Below are positions 35,846 to 47,878 of a DNA stretch of 64,000 bases, piece by piece. The stretch lies in NCBI GenBank assembly GCA_053919585.1, contig CM132824.1. One strand, written 5' to 3'. Source of the DNA: Euprymna scolopes. Lineage: Eukaryota. The position numbers and the translations under genes are program-made. The notes below the pieces were generated by a model, which did not search any database, was not told the origin of the DNA, and saw nothing but the letters and a program-made list of their open reading frames with translations. Each line of letters begins with the position of its first letter. The stretch's first letter is position 1.

Positions 35846-38800
35846 ATGAACTCAGCTAACCAAGAAACCTGTCCCTTGTGTGAACAAGATTTTAATGATG
35901 AACCGGCTGTGGTGATTCGAGAAAATGGCACCGAACGCATTAATCATGCAAGTATCGAAAGAGGCGTGAAAGTTCAGGTTAAAGCAGGAACTCAAGTTCA
36001 CAAAATGTGTTGGATAAACCACATCAACAAAAAATACATTGCTATTGCCTCCAGCAAGGATGATTCTATAATGCGGAATATCCCAAGACAATTCATGCCA
36101 GCTGAATCCACTAAACAACGAAAAAGTGGAAGATCAAAGGGTAGCGATCAGGATGAGGCATTCGGGCATGTTTTTGAGTTCTTGGAGGAAAATGATGAAG
36201 AACAGCTAACGATATCAGACCTTGTCACTAAAATGGGAGAATGCTTGCATGGTAGTAAATCCACGGCATACGGAAATCAGAACCTCAAAGAAAAGCTGCT
36301 CAGTTGATATGGAAACTCAATATTCTTGACTGACAGCCATAGTGGTGTCAAAAACATTGTGACATTTAGGGAAAAAAACCTGTGACATTCTTCGTGAATA
36401 CTACAATTCATCTCGGGGGGGATGATGAGGAAGCACAGAAACGAGCAATTCTCCAAACTGCAGCAAAACTCATCAAAGCTGATATCAAGACAACAGTTGT
36501 ATCAATGGAGGATATGTATCCAACAACTGAAGAACTAAAACTAGCAGCTGCATTAGATTTTATCTCATCAAGTTTGTGGTTCTTGTTGCAACATCTGTTT
36601 GTTGGGAAGGACACGTCTAGAAAGGTTGCTAGCATCAGACAAGCTGTTGTTCAAGCTGTGCGCCCAGGAACTGTTATTGTCCCTCTACAGCTTGATGTTG
36701 CAGTGCAAATGCACCACTTGTATAGATCACGATTCTTGATTGATAGTCTTTCAACCGTGGGATTTGCTTTATCATATCAAGAGGTACAAAGGTTTGAATT
36801 AAACACAGCATGTTCACTTGCTCCAGATGTGTTAGGCAGTGACATGGACAGTTTTAGTCAGACCCTGTTGTTTGCAGGAGACAATGTGGATCATAATATT
36901 ATAACATTGGATGGAAAGAGTACCTTCCATGGGATGGGAATGACTGCAGCCATTACACCTTGGAAGCAAGTCAGCCATATTACACCACGACAAAAAATGT
37001 CCAACTTGAAACTTCTCGAAATGATGAAAATCGATATTAAAGATTATCGCTTTTTAAAGCATGTCAATTGTTGCTTAGAATTTATGTCGGTCACATACAT
37101 ATCTGATATCTGTGATCGCAAATTGGACATTTTTTGGGAAATGTCTTTTCGCTTCTACAAAAGTACACCCAGTTGGCAAGGCATGATGCACCTGCTGCAT
37201 AAGGTTGGAAATATCCAGAAAATCTTTGATACAATTTCTTTCAACGATAGACGTGAACATGTATCCTGGCCACCCTAGATTACCTATTGTAGTTTATCGG
37301 CAAAACACAATATGCCGACTATCATAACTTTTGATCAACTGCTATTTTGGAAGGCGTCTGAAATCATGAACGCTGTTACAGATGATAGTCCAATCCTGCT
37401 GATGGATCAGTGTCTCACACGTCAGATTGTTGCCAAGATCATGGAGGATGATCCTGGTCTTCAGGACCAAGTGGAGGAACTTGAGCGATTGTACATTTTG
37501 ATGGGGATTTAGATTCATTAATGGAATCAGATTGCATAAACATAGTTCACAACACTGAGAAAAAGGATGAACTGTCAAGGACCTCCAAAACCAGCAAGCT
37601 ATGGATTAATTATCAGCACATGCTAAGTATAGTTAGGGCACTTGTTTCAGCTGATAGAATGGGATCTTGGGAGATGCATCTAAATGCTGTCTCAGCTTGC
37701 CTGCTAATATTAACGGCCACTGGCCATCTGAATTATTTGCAGTTGGCACGTCTGTATCTCGAGAAGATGTATGCATTGAAAGATGACAATCCTGTAGTGC
37801 ATCAGGAGTTCCAATCTGGGTTTTGTGTAATCTGACGCAGCAGCCAATACTAGGCTGGTCTTGGTTCAGATCTTGTGATCGAACAGACATTAATGCGCTC
37901 ACTCAAAAGCCAAGACGGGTTGAGGCGAGGGAGTAGAATGTTGAAGCACCAGAGAAATGTTTGGCCTATGTCATCTACTGTGTTATCTCTTTACAACGTT
38001 GCCATGCAACACCTTACTACAAGAACTTACATAACAAATAAAAAACCTAAGGAGTTGTCTGCCTCTCAGTTGAAAAAGAGATGAGATAGACCTCAGAAAG
38101 GTTGCAGCAAAACTAAACAGTGTTAAACCGTTTTCAACTGATGAATCATTACGAAATATCATCACAGGAATCAATGCCAATGAAGACGTCAATGAACATA
38201 ACCTCTTCAAAATCTGAACAGACATTGTTGGACAGGGTTATCTCCCTTACACTCCAATGAAACTATTGATGCCCTTTATCACTAGAGGGCGTAACAGTTT
38301 TTTACGGCGCATTTGTAAATAAAGCGAGTGGGAACGGCCGTTTTTGTTTTGACACGTGCTAACAGCTCATTCATCTGTAATATTTATTTTGTCTTGTGCG
38401 TTTTTATTCATGTGCAGTGTTAATGTTGATACACTTTAATTGTTAAAAAAATAGATGGACAATCGGTGTTTTCCTACTCTCACAAACGAAGTTTGAATGT
38501 AAAGATTCTAGCATCCAACAAGAACGTGAAAGTGTCTGCAGACGGGATTGGGAAGAAGTCAGGGTTACAACGAATCATCAAAATAGGAAAAACAATGATA
38601 GACTGTTCAAAAGTATTCTCTCAACCAAAGCAAACACAGGATGTCGTGGAAACCAATGGTTCTAAGGCAATGATATCACTGTTCAATGGAGATCAGAAGG
38701 ACTCGCTAGCATCGGTTAGATATAATATGCTCTGCAAAAAAGTTGCAAGGGCAAAGATCTTCATCAAGCCAGAACAACTCCCCCCAACTGCCTCTGTCTG

Positions 38801-39119
38801 TAGATTTCATTCTCTGCAGACCTACTACCAGATTATGGAATGGATGGGGTGTAGTGATGAAATGGCATCATCTGAATTGGGATGGAAGGTAGAAGGAGAC
38901 AAACTTGTTCCTGTGATGAGAGATAAAAGTGCTGCTCCAGATGAACTGATTCAGATGATTCATTGCAGTTGTTTGGAAGGATGCATTACCCTAAGGTGCA
39001 CCTGCAGAAAGCATAAACTAGAATGCACCAGTGCATGTGAACATTGCCAAGATGGCAACTGTCACAATATGAAAAGTGCTCCAATCATAGATGATGAGGA
39101 TGAGGAGGAAGAAGTGTGA
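35846..39119 (+). pseudogene. Academ transposase pseudogene with C-terminal Cys-rich (CXC) domain
   Basis: Fragmented frames carry GDNVDHNIITLDGKSTFHGMG, ITFDQLLFWKA, GHLNY...ARLYL, IEQTLMRSLKS, LPPT...FHSLQTYYQ...W...GW and CSC...C...CTC...CTSAC..C...C.N. Confidence 0.85.
38230..38438. mobile_element. About 209 bp insertion in the Academ ORF flanked by an ATTGTT direct repeat
   Basis: attgtt at 38224-29 and 38439-44; removing the insert rejoins DIV|KKIDGQSVFSY. Confidence 0.6.
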
Positions 39120-41835
39120 AAACTTTGAAGAAATACTGACTTATGTGAATGGGTGGGGGGTAACCATAGATATGGTATAAGGGGGAAAACAACATCACTG
39201 ACTACAATTTCATGTGAAAGACTGACCCTGAAAACAGGGGTAAAATACAAGATTTATTGATTCATCATGAAATTTGGCGGAGTTAGTGCTTTAAAATGTA
39301 ATGGAAAATGACTTGTAAGTCAAAAATATTGAACCTCAAAATTTATAACTTTCCCATGCTCGAATCGTGTCCAACTTTTAGTATGATACCAACCTGACAT
39401 AAAACTACAAAAAAATAAAATATTGCAATTTTTTTGTATCATTTCGTGTTTTGACTGGACTATGTAGGAAGCGCTGGAAGTTGCAGGAAGCCGAAATCTG
39501 CAGGAGGTGCTGGAGGCTGCAGGAGTGAGCTGGAACCGCTGGAGTGAGTTGGAGTTCGCTAGTTGTAGAAGGGAGTCTCAGAAGGCAGTCAGTAGTAGAG
39601 ACTGAAGTTTTCGTGTGGATATTTTGTTATAGTTATGTAGCGACATGCCAGAGACATTAAAATGATAAATAACGTTTCAGCTATACGCACATTTGCTGCA
39701 TACACCCACGCAAATTCTGTGGACATAAAATCTAAAACTCTGTCTCTTCACGCGGACGTATTTCAAGACAGTATCGCATGACACAGTGTTTACTTTTTAT
39801 CCAATTGGCGCTTATAGAAAATACTTATTAAATTTTTTTTTCTGATAGGCTTCTGGAGCCGGTCAAAGCGTATGAAAGGGACTGCATGCAAAATTCAACT
39901 CAGCTAAGGATGCAGTTGTACTGGTAAGCAACTCGCATTTGACTCCCTCGTGGTGGACGTAAAATCACTAACATGTCTTTGCGCGCATCATATAAATATC
40001 TAACAACCTTTTGTCACATCAGGCATCAGGAACTAATTAATGCAACAAATTTTATTTCGTTTTTTGTTCAAAAGAGAAAGAAACATTTTTTTTTCTGAAA
40101 AGAACTTCTGCCTCAGTCGGAGGAAGTTTTCTCTTTTCTCCTTTCATTACATTTTTTATTCCAGTCCTATCAGACTTTATTCAAGAAAAATATATAAAGT
40201 CCTCGCGACTATACATAGTTCTAAAAACATAGCATTTATTTCCAGAACACTCTTTCCAAGAACATTTCCACGTGTTGCTAAACAATGGACGTTTTAATCT
40301 TTTGCCCGCGTGTTGAATCGACACGTAAAAATACAACCACAATAAAAAAAAAAGATGATTTATTATTATTTCTTTCTGTTGTTAAATAAAATCACATTAT
40401 GAACTTTTAAATTTTTCTTCGTCTTAATCTCACTTCTGACATCTTTTTATTTTTTAAGGGTTGGGAAACATTTACCTATGCTCATGCCACGGCTGTGATA
40501 TTAGGCATCAGTGAATGTCGACCAAATAGCCTACAGTTAGTCTTGAAAAGGGCTGTTTGAATCGTCATAATAATTTGTGGTAATTAGCCTTGAAAAGGGC
40601 TGTTTAAATTACTTCTGCTAGTGCTGCTGCTGAGCTCGGACATCTTGACTGGGAGCATTTCGCATTTCGGTAAGCTTCCTGATTTGCTGAGAAAGAAATT
40701 TTTTTATGAAGGAATACTGATGTTACAGAAATGGCGCAGGAAAATTAACAAATGACTATTATTCATTTCTTGCGTAACTTCTTACGATCAAAACTGTTTT
40801 AGATTGACTTTCGGTTCGAAATTAAAAGTCTGTTGTTTTTGTTTAATTGTGAAAAGTTAAGTTTTACATGTGTCTTCCCTGGACTATGATACAAATAAAA
40901 CGGAAGTCATTAAGTACGCATGTGCAATACGATCACGTGTCTGTTTTTGGCAAAAAAAAAAAAACAAAACGTAGCCATTGTTTTTTTTTAAGTGGAAACA
41001 GGAATCTGACACATAACGCTACAGACCTATAATCACTTTTAGTTATGGAGATTAAATATTTATGAAATTTCAAGTGATAACAAAGTAGAATGAATACGCC
41101 ACGAGTACGTCTAGTACATACAGTGGAACTTCTAGATACGAAATTAATTGGCTCCGGTTTAGCTTTCGTATTTTGAAATTTTCCTATCCTGAACGACTCT
41201 ATGGAAACAGTCATTAAANNNNNNNNNNNNNNNNNNNNNNNNNNNNNNNNNNNNNNNNNNNNNNNNNNNNNNNNNNNNNNNNNNNNNNNNNNNNNNNNNN
41301 NNNNNNNNNNNNNNNNNNNNNNNNNNNNNNNNNNNNNNNNNNNNNNNNNNNNNNNNNNNNNNNNNNNNNNNNNNNNNNNNNNNNNNNNNNNNNNNNNNNN
41401 NNNNNNNNNNNNNNNNNNNNNNNNNNNNNNNNNNNNNNNNNNNNNNNNNNNNNNNNNNNNNNNNNNNNNNNNNNNNNNNNNNNNNNNNNNNNNNNNNNNN
41501 NNNGCCTTAAATAAATAAATAAAAAATGTTTGAAGCCAAATCTTTCAGCAAAAAAGGCCAAATTCAAAGACAAAACCACATTTTTTAGATAAAAAAGGCC
41601 AAAAAAGTCAAATTTTAACTTTTTCTTTAATAATTACTATTAAACAAATATTGTTGTACTTTTAAAATGTCCTGTATATTGTTTAAAATAAAATAAAATG
41701 TGTTTATTATTAAAAATCGAATCATCACAAAAATTAACTGTTCCCATAGTAACCAAAAGAGTTGTATAGGGAAATTAGTTCCTTTTGTTGTGAAAGGGGG
41801 TTAGAGACTATTGTCTCGAGCTTTATGCCGGAATA

Positions 41836-41877
<42 letters not shown>

Positions 41878-42485
41878 ACGCACGCGCACGGGTACGATGG
41901 AAATACTATACCAAAATAGATAGATAGATAGATAGATAGATAGAATTTAAAATAAAATAAAATATAGGTTTTATAAATTAAATTCAATAATCGAGAAAAT
42001 CTATTATGAATTAGTGTATCAACAAGGAATAAATAATAATGATATTCTATATAGTTAATTAGTTAATTTATCAATGTTGATGACGTTTTCATGATTTTTT
42101 AAAATTNNNNNNNNNNNNNNNNNNNNNNNNNNNNNNNNNNNNNNNNNNNNNNNNNNNNNNNNNNNNNNNNNNNNNNNNNNNNNNNNNNNNNNNNNNNNNN
42201 NNNNNNNNNNNNNNNNNNNNNNNNNNNNNNNNNNNNNNNNNNNNNNNNNNNNNNNNNNNNNCACAAGCCATCAAAGATTGCTTTTTGAGAACAACTTGTA
42301 GTTTTCCCTGAAGTCTGAGTGACAACAAGCCTCCCCTGATTTCCAGTACTCTCCACGTCTTGATAATCTTTGCTAAAGAATTTGCGTTATCGCAACAGTC
42401 TCTTACAATTATGACAATAATAACACGTGAGAAGAATATCAAAAGTTAATAGATATTTATAGAATACAACAGAATTTTAAAACAT

Positions 42486-42546
<61 letters not shown>

Positions 42547-43066
42547 AAAATAAATAGAAAATGAGGAAAATATATAATGAAGATAGAAAGAATATAAAAC
42601 ATAAAATAAAATGTTAAACCATGGGAAAAAATGGCTGACGCCGGCTTTGTTTACTGAATTCATATTTTTTCGTGCGTGTGTGGCGAATCGATGAGATCAA
42701 CTTATCCACGAGTCACATTCATAGATAAGATATCCGTCACAATTACTTTTTGTATTTTTACAACAACACTATTTTTTTGTTTCTATTCTTTGCCATGTGC
42801 CTGTGTGAATTTGTGTACGTGTGTGCGTGTTCTAATACATTTCAATACTAATATGTAGTTTTTTTACACTTGTAGTATTCTCTTTTCTACACACTGTTAT
42901 CCTCATGATGATGATGATGATGATGATGATGATTATTTTAATGTCTATTGTACATGCTGGCATGTTTGAACGGTTTTTAGGAATTGACTTCCAAACTAAC
43001 CTTCCTTTGGTCGGATCTTGAAATCAGTTTTTATAAGCTGTCCAATGTATGTTATGTAAAACAGAC

Positions 43067-43118
<52 letters not shown>

Positions 43119-43319
43119 CTATATAAGTAAAATTAAAAAGATTACGATATTTACACATTCATGTCAACATAAAAACGGGTAACATTATTTTATTATTAAC
43201 TCGAAAAATATCCCTCTCAGAACAGGTAAAATTAATTTCCCAAACAGAACAGTTTTGCATCGCTTTTATGTCCCTTTATTAAGATTAAAAATAAAGATAC
43301 AATGATATTTTTTTTAATT

Positions 43320-43570
43320 AGGAGTCACCACTTATCAAGACCCGAACGCCACTCAAGGATAAGGATTAATGAATGAAAGGTGATAATGTAGTACTCGTTA
43401 AGGGTGTAAATTGGTAGAACTTAATTATTTATAAGGACGACTCAACAAGAACTTGTTTAAAATGGATTTGAAGGCTACTATGTTGTATTGAACCAGGAAG
43501 CAGCCCATCAGAACAGTGTTCTACAAGTGGGCAATTATAGGAAAGAAGCTTTGTTCATGGAATTTGCGTT
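43320..43570 (-). mobile_element. 3' end fragment of the Zenon-like LINE subfamily seen at 2748 and 49975
   Basis: ggagtcaccacttatcaag...ccactcaagg is the reverse complement of the 3' UTRs at about 3580-3617 and 52380-52417. Confidence 0.8.
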
Positions 43571-43867
43571 TAGATTTAGGTACAGATAGAGAGTGGTGAA
43601 AATCGTATATATTGGTTGTAGCTAGTGTTTTACCAGATCTATTATTATTAGTTGTTAGAATGTCCGAACATTGCTAGACATCGAGTTAACTGTCAGGTGC
43701 ACTTCGTGATTAATTGGAATTAAAAAGAATACGTATTTTATGTAAAAAGGATTTCATAAATACTAACGAACAAAAATTTAATCATATTTAATCATATTTA
43801 ACCATCAACTATTCTTACAATACTACTAAATATTTTCAGTCAACAAGCTTTTGCCTGTTTAAAACGC

Positions 43868-44048
43868 TAAAAATCTAATGTATCAATGCTAAAAATCTAG
43901 TGTATTAATACTAATATATCTAGTGTATTAATACTAATATATCTAGTGTATTAATACTAAAAATCTAGTGTATTAGTACTAATATATTTAGTGTATTAAT
44001 GCTAATATATCTAGTGTATTAATACTAATATATCTAGTGTAGTAATAC
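43868..44048. repeat. 22-23 bp minisatellite ctaatatatctagtgtattaata, left part
   Basis: Same unit as 47879-48430, interrupted by the LINE. Confidence 0.95.
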
Positions 44049-47000
44049 TTTTTTTTTTTTTTTTTTTATTACATTTTCACCCCAAACAAGGCACATTGCC
44101 ACTTTGGTGTAGGGGGCTACTATCAGGGGAAACATCTACTGGGGTACTATGTAGGGATTAGGGCAGCGAGATGTTGGTTCACATTGCACTTGAACTTATG
44201 CATGTCAGTACAGTTGGGGAAGCAGTGACCTGGAATGGAATTCCAAAGTCTAGCAGTTCTGGGGAAGAAACTACTGGAGTAGAAAGATCTTTTACATCTA
44301 AGGATCTCTACAGTGTGGAGGTGGGATTTTGCAGCTTGTCGGGTCTGTCGAGGGTGTTCACGTCGTGGGGGCACAAGTGCTTGCAGTTCTTCAGAGCATT
44401 CACCATTATAATACTTGTAGAACAGGCAGAGGGATGCAACGTTTCGACGATGGGACAGGGGCTGAAGTTTAGATGCCAGTTTAGGGCCTATCAGATTTGC
44501 GACTCTCTTTTGAACCCTGTCAAGGAGCGAGAGACTAGTAGCCGATGCACCGGCCCAAATATGACAGCAATACTCCATACATGGGCGAATAGTGGCCTTA
44601 TAGAGGTACAGGATACTTTCGGGTGTTAAAAGTTTTCTAGCACGGTAGAGAGAGCCCACCTTCCTTGCAGCGGCCCTGGCAATGCCCTCGATGTAATTGT
44701 TCCAACTCATGTTTCCTGTGAACGTTAGGCCAAGGAGCTTGAATGACGTACTCTCAGATAAAGAGTCGTTGGCCATTGCTATAGGTGGTAGAGAAGGTTT
44801 CTTGTAATTATTGAATGAAACCAGTTTTGTCTTGGTGGCATTGAACGTTACCATCCATTTTTGTCCCCATTCCACTACTGATTGGAGGTCATCCTCTAGT
44901 GTATCTGCCATAACTTTAGATATATGTTCGTTTGTTTTCCTGTCGTGCCTGCTATAGAGTGTGGTGTCATCAGCATATATACCCATCTCAGAGGCAATCT
45001 TGTCGGGGAGGTCATTTATAAATATCAGGAACAGCAGAGGTCCAAGGATAGATCCTTGGGGCACTCCCGCATTTATATCATATTGTTTAGATGTACGACC
45101 GTCGAGGACAACCTGGATTTTTCTCTTATCTAAGAAGGATTTAATTATGTTAAGTATTCTACCAATGATACCGTAAGATCTAATCTTCCTGAGGAGACCC
45201 TCATGCCATACCCTGTCAAAAGCCTTAGATATATCTAGAGCTACCGCTCTGCCCTCTCCTGCTTTGTCCAGTGAATGGTATATGCGTTCAGAGATTACAG
45301 TTAGGATGTCTGCCGTGGAACGGGCTTGTCTAAATCCATATTGATGGTCGGTCAGAAGTTTAGCATCTGTAAGGTGCTGGACTAGAGCATGGTTAATTAA
45401 GGTCTCAAATATTTTGGCAAAAAGTGGGAGGAGGCTAATAGGTCGATAATTTAATGGGTCAGTTCTTTCGCCAGAATTCTTGAATACTGGTACTACAGAA
45501 GCAGTTTTCCAACAGCTCGGAAAGCAAGATTCATTAAGGCATTTGTTGTAGAGTTTGGAGAGAACTGGAGCTACTTCGGCTGAGCACTTTTTTAATAGCA
45601 CAGCTGGGATGAGGTCGGGTCCACATGCTTTGGAAGTGTCAAGGTTCTTTATGATAGCATGCACCTGAGCAGGGGTGATTTTCAGATCGTCTAGCGTGGC
45701 GTCTGTCCGCATAGGAAATTGAGGTAGGGGGTGGTTTAGAGGGTCCAGTGTGGAGTTTGAGGCAAACCGACTGGCAAGCATGTTAGCCTTCTCGGTTGCT
45801 GAGCAAAGAACCTCGTGATTGTTGTTTAGTGGGGGAATTGTTGATTGCCCATTATTTACTACACTGTTGTAGATTTTCCAGAAGTCACGAGTTCCTAGTT
45901 TTTGTGCTTCGATGCGTTTTTTAGTGGTTTCCGTAAATTCCCTCTTAGCTGTCGCTATTTCTTTCTTAACGTTACTTCTAGCTTCTATGTACTTCTGTCT
46001 GTTTGAACTGGACTTATGTCGATTAAACCTGCGGAATGCATGCTGCCTTTGAGCAATGGCAGTTGCGCAAGTCGAAGTAAACCATTGGGGAGAGTGGGGC
46101 TTGCTATAGAATTTCCGCATGGGAACATGCGCTTCGATTGCAGTTTTGAACCATTCAGTGGTCTCGGTTGCACACTGTTCAGCAGGAAGAGAAAAAATAT
46201 TTCCCCATGGGGCGTCTCTGATAAGATCTCTGATAGCTTCCCAGTCAGCCTTTTTATAATATCTCGTTGTTTTGAGCACTGGCTCTTCAGTTTTGGGTCT
46301 AGAGTTTAGGGCGATTTCAACCATTATCACCGCATGATCAGCGTTCCCAAGTGGGCTGTCGGCTTTCGTTACACAATCATCGGGAACTGTGGTCAAAAAC
46401 AGATCTAATAGTGATGCGTGTTGTTCTTCCTGATCAGGGAAGCGGGTTGGAAAAGTAACAATTTGCGATAGGGAGTGAGATACAGAGAAGCTATGAGTTG
46501 CGCTGCCTGCTGCATCTGTGTAAGTAGAGAATCCAAGCCAGTTTTTGTGATGGACATTAAAGTCGCCAAATACATGTACTTGGGCGCTAGTGTCGAAGGA
46601 GAGTGCTGTGTCTATGCTGTCAGATACTTTGTTTATTATGGTGCAGTCTTGGGTCGAGGGAGAGCGGTAGAGAAAGTAAAAGTAGCTAATGTTGTGTTGC
46701 ATGATTAGTCTAAAGCACATAAAGGCTTGATCATCCGTTTCTAGGTTTGTTTCTCTAGTCAAGGGAAGGGTATTACAGATGTAAACTCCAAGTCCGTGCA
46801 TATGTCTGTCAGAGTCCTTACGGCAGAGTGGGAGATATCCAGGCATGTTAAAGTAGTTAGAGGGGATGGAGGAGTGTAGGTTAGTCTCACTTAGTGCTAA
46901 GATATCCGGGGTATTTGTTAGGAGAAATGCTTCAACATCAGCTAAATTAGTTCTAAGCCCACGGATATTTGTGAATGCAAGCCTCAAGGGAGGAGGCAAG

Positions 47001-47878
47001 TTGGATTTGTTTGACCCTAAGCCTGGATTAAGCTTATTTTTAGATTGTACTGTCATCATGTTTTTTTAACGAGTTTCAGTTGGGTTAGGGGAAGCCGAAC
47101 AGGAGGTTATGTAGAATATCACACATGCATCACAAGTAGACCATCAGCTGACCCTCCATCAACTAGGACTGTGGCCTCAGGAAAGCCAACCGGGGATGAG
47201 TGCAGGGTCCCTTTCCATGCGCGCCATGGCACTGCAAACATCCCGATATTATTCAACTGCTGATGGAGCAGCCGCTCTAAGCGCTACCAAAGAGTTAGGG
47301 CCCTGTACTACCAGTCGGAAACAGCAGCCAGTAACTGTCAATCCGGTACCCTCAACCCATCGGAGGAAGGTCAACCCAATCTAATTGCTCAGGCATATGT
47401 GGTACTCAAGCATTCTCAAGTGCCCAGCTTTAGGGGTGGGGTGTGTCGGGAGTGGGGAAACGGCGTTCATTGCCCTAGACAAGAAACAAGATCTACCACT
47501 GGGTGTTTCTGTCGAATCACTGTGATAGTATCTCTGCGCCTGACTAATAGGCAAAGAAGGAGTATGGAAGCCGGGCGATAGGCAGGACCTATCTACTCCT
47601 TAAGCATTTTAGGTTTGCAAACTTGTAATTTGATTGAGTCACCAGCTCTAGGAAGGTTGTCATCCAAGACTGAAGAGGCCTCCCTCCTCTTTGGTTTGGT
47701 TTCAGAGTTTTCCTTCTCCTAGACGGATGATCTGGAAAGATCTACTGGGTCTGTCACCACTGAGAGGGTTTCCTCCGCGCATGGGTTCTAATCCAGGTAT
47801 TTCTGCGACCCCGCGTGGTTAGTTAATGTTATTGGGTTAGTTTGTAGAGGTTATATCTGCTAAAATAGTTACACTCCT
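44049..47878 (-). mobile_element. Apparently full-length single-ORF CR1-group (Zenon-like) LINE
   Basis: Poly(A) tail (T run 44049-44067) fused to AATAAA, 79 bp 3' UTR, intact ORF, about 820 nt leader; both flanks are the same minisatellite. Confidence 0.93.
44147..47059 (-). CDS. APE endonuclease - reverse transcriptase, 970 aa
   Basis: NIRGL, LSET, YRSP, GDFN, LDLFL, ADH (APE); YRPISLL, QYGFR, LDISKAFDRV, GVPQGSILGP, YADD, LLG (RT); uninterrupted frame. Confidence 0.98.
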   Translation of the reverse strand: MMTVQSKNKLNPGLGSNKSNLPPPLRLAFTNIRGLRTNLADVEAFLLTNTPDILALSETNLHSSIPSNYFNMPGYLPLCRKDSDRHMHGLGVYICNTLPLTRETNLETDDQAFMCFRLIMQHNISYFYFLYRSPSTQDCTIINKVSDSIDTALSFDTSAQVHVFGDFNVHHKNWLGFSTYTDAAGSATHSFSVSHSLSQIVTFPTRFPDQEEQHASLLDLFLTTVPDDCVTKADSPLGNADHAVIMVEIALNSRPKTEEPVLKTTRYYKKADWEAIRDLIRDAPWGNIFSLPAEQCATETTEWFKTAIEAHVPMRKFYSKPHSPQWFTSTCATAIAQRQHAFRRFNRHKSSSNRQKYIEARSNVKKEIATAKREFTETTKKRIEAQKLGTRDFWKIYNSVVNNGQSTIPPLNNNHEVLCSATEKANMLASRFASNSTLDPLNHPLPQFPMRTDATLDDLKITPAQVHAIIKNLDTSKACGPDLIPAVLLKKCSAEVAPVLSKLYNKCLNESCFPSCWKTASVVPVFKNSGERTDPLNYRPISLLPLFAKIFETLINHALVQHLTDAKLLTDHQYGFRQARSTADILTVISERIYHSLDKAGEGRAVALDISKAFDRVWHEGLLRKIRSYGIIGRILNIIKSFLDKRKIQVVLDGRTSKQYDINAGVPQGSILGPLLFLIFINDLPDKIASEMGIYADDTTLYSRHDRKTNEHISKVMADTLEDDLQSVVEWGQKWMVTFNATKTKLVSFNNYKKPSLPPIAMANDSLSESTSFKLLGLTFTGNMSWNNYIEGIARAAARKVGSLYRARKLLTPESILYLYKATIRPCMEYCCHIWAGASATSLSLLDRVQKRVANLIGPKLASKLQPLSHRRNVASLCLFYKYYNGECSEELQALVPPRREHPRQTRQAAKSHLHTVEILRCKRSFYSSSFFPRTARLWNSIPGHCFPNCTDMHKFKCNVNQHLAALIPT

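Larger units (their letters stand above)
35440..39462 (+). mobile_element. Academ (AcademX-type) DNA transposon, internally deleted and decayed
   Basis: About 320 bp TIRs (tagtccagtcaa...ttgactggacta), TAG...CTA termini, 3 bp TSD TGT (35437-39 / 39463-65). Confidence 0.88.

Noticed and set aside
41201-42442. ORFs containing X runs (also 6829-7120 and 63764-63997)
   Set aside because: Artefacts of N gaps.
44171-47069. Several plus-strand ORFs of 60-152 aa
   Set aside because: Antisense to the LINE ORF.
47255-47330. Hammerhead-like ctgatgg...gaaac on the plus strand of the LINE leader
   Set aside because: The core is CTGATGG rather than CUGANGA, there is no convincing stem II, and it is antisense to the element.
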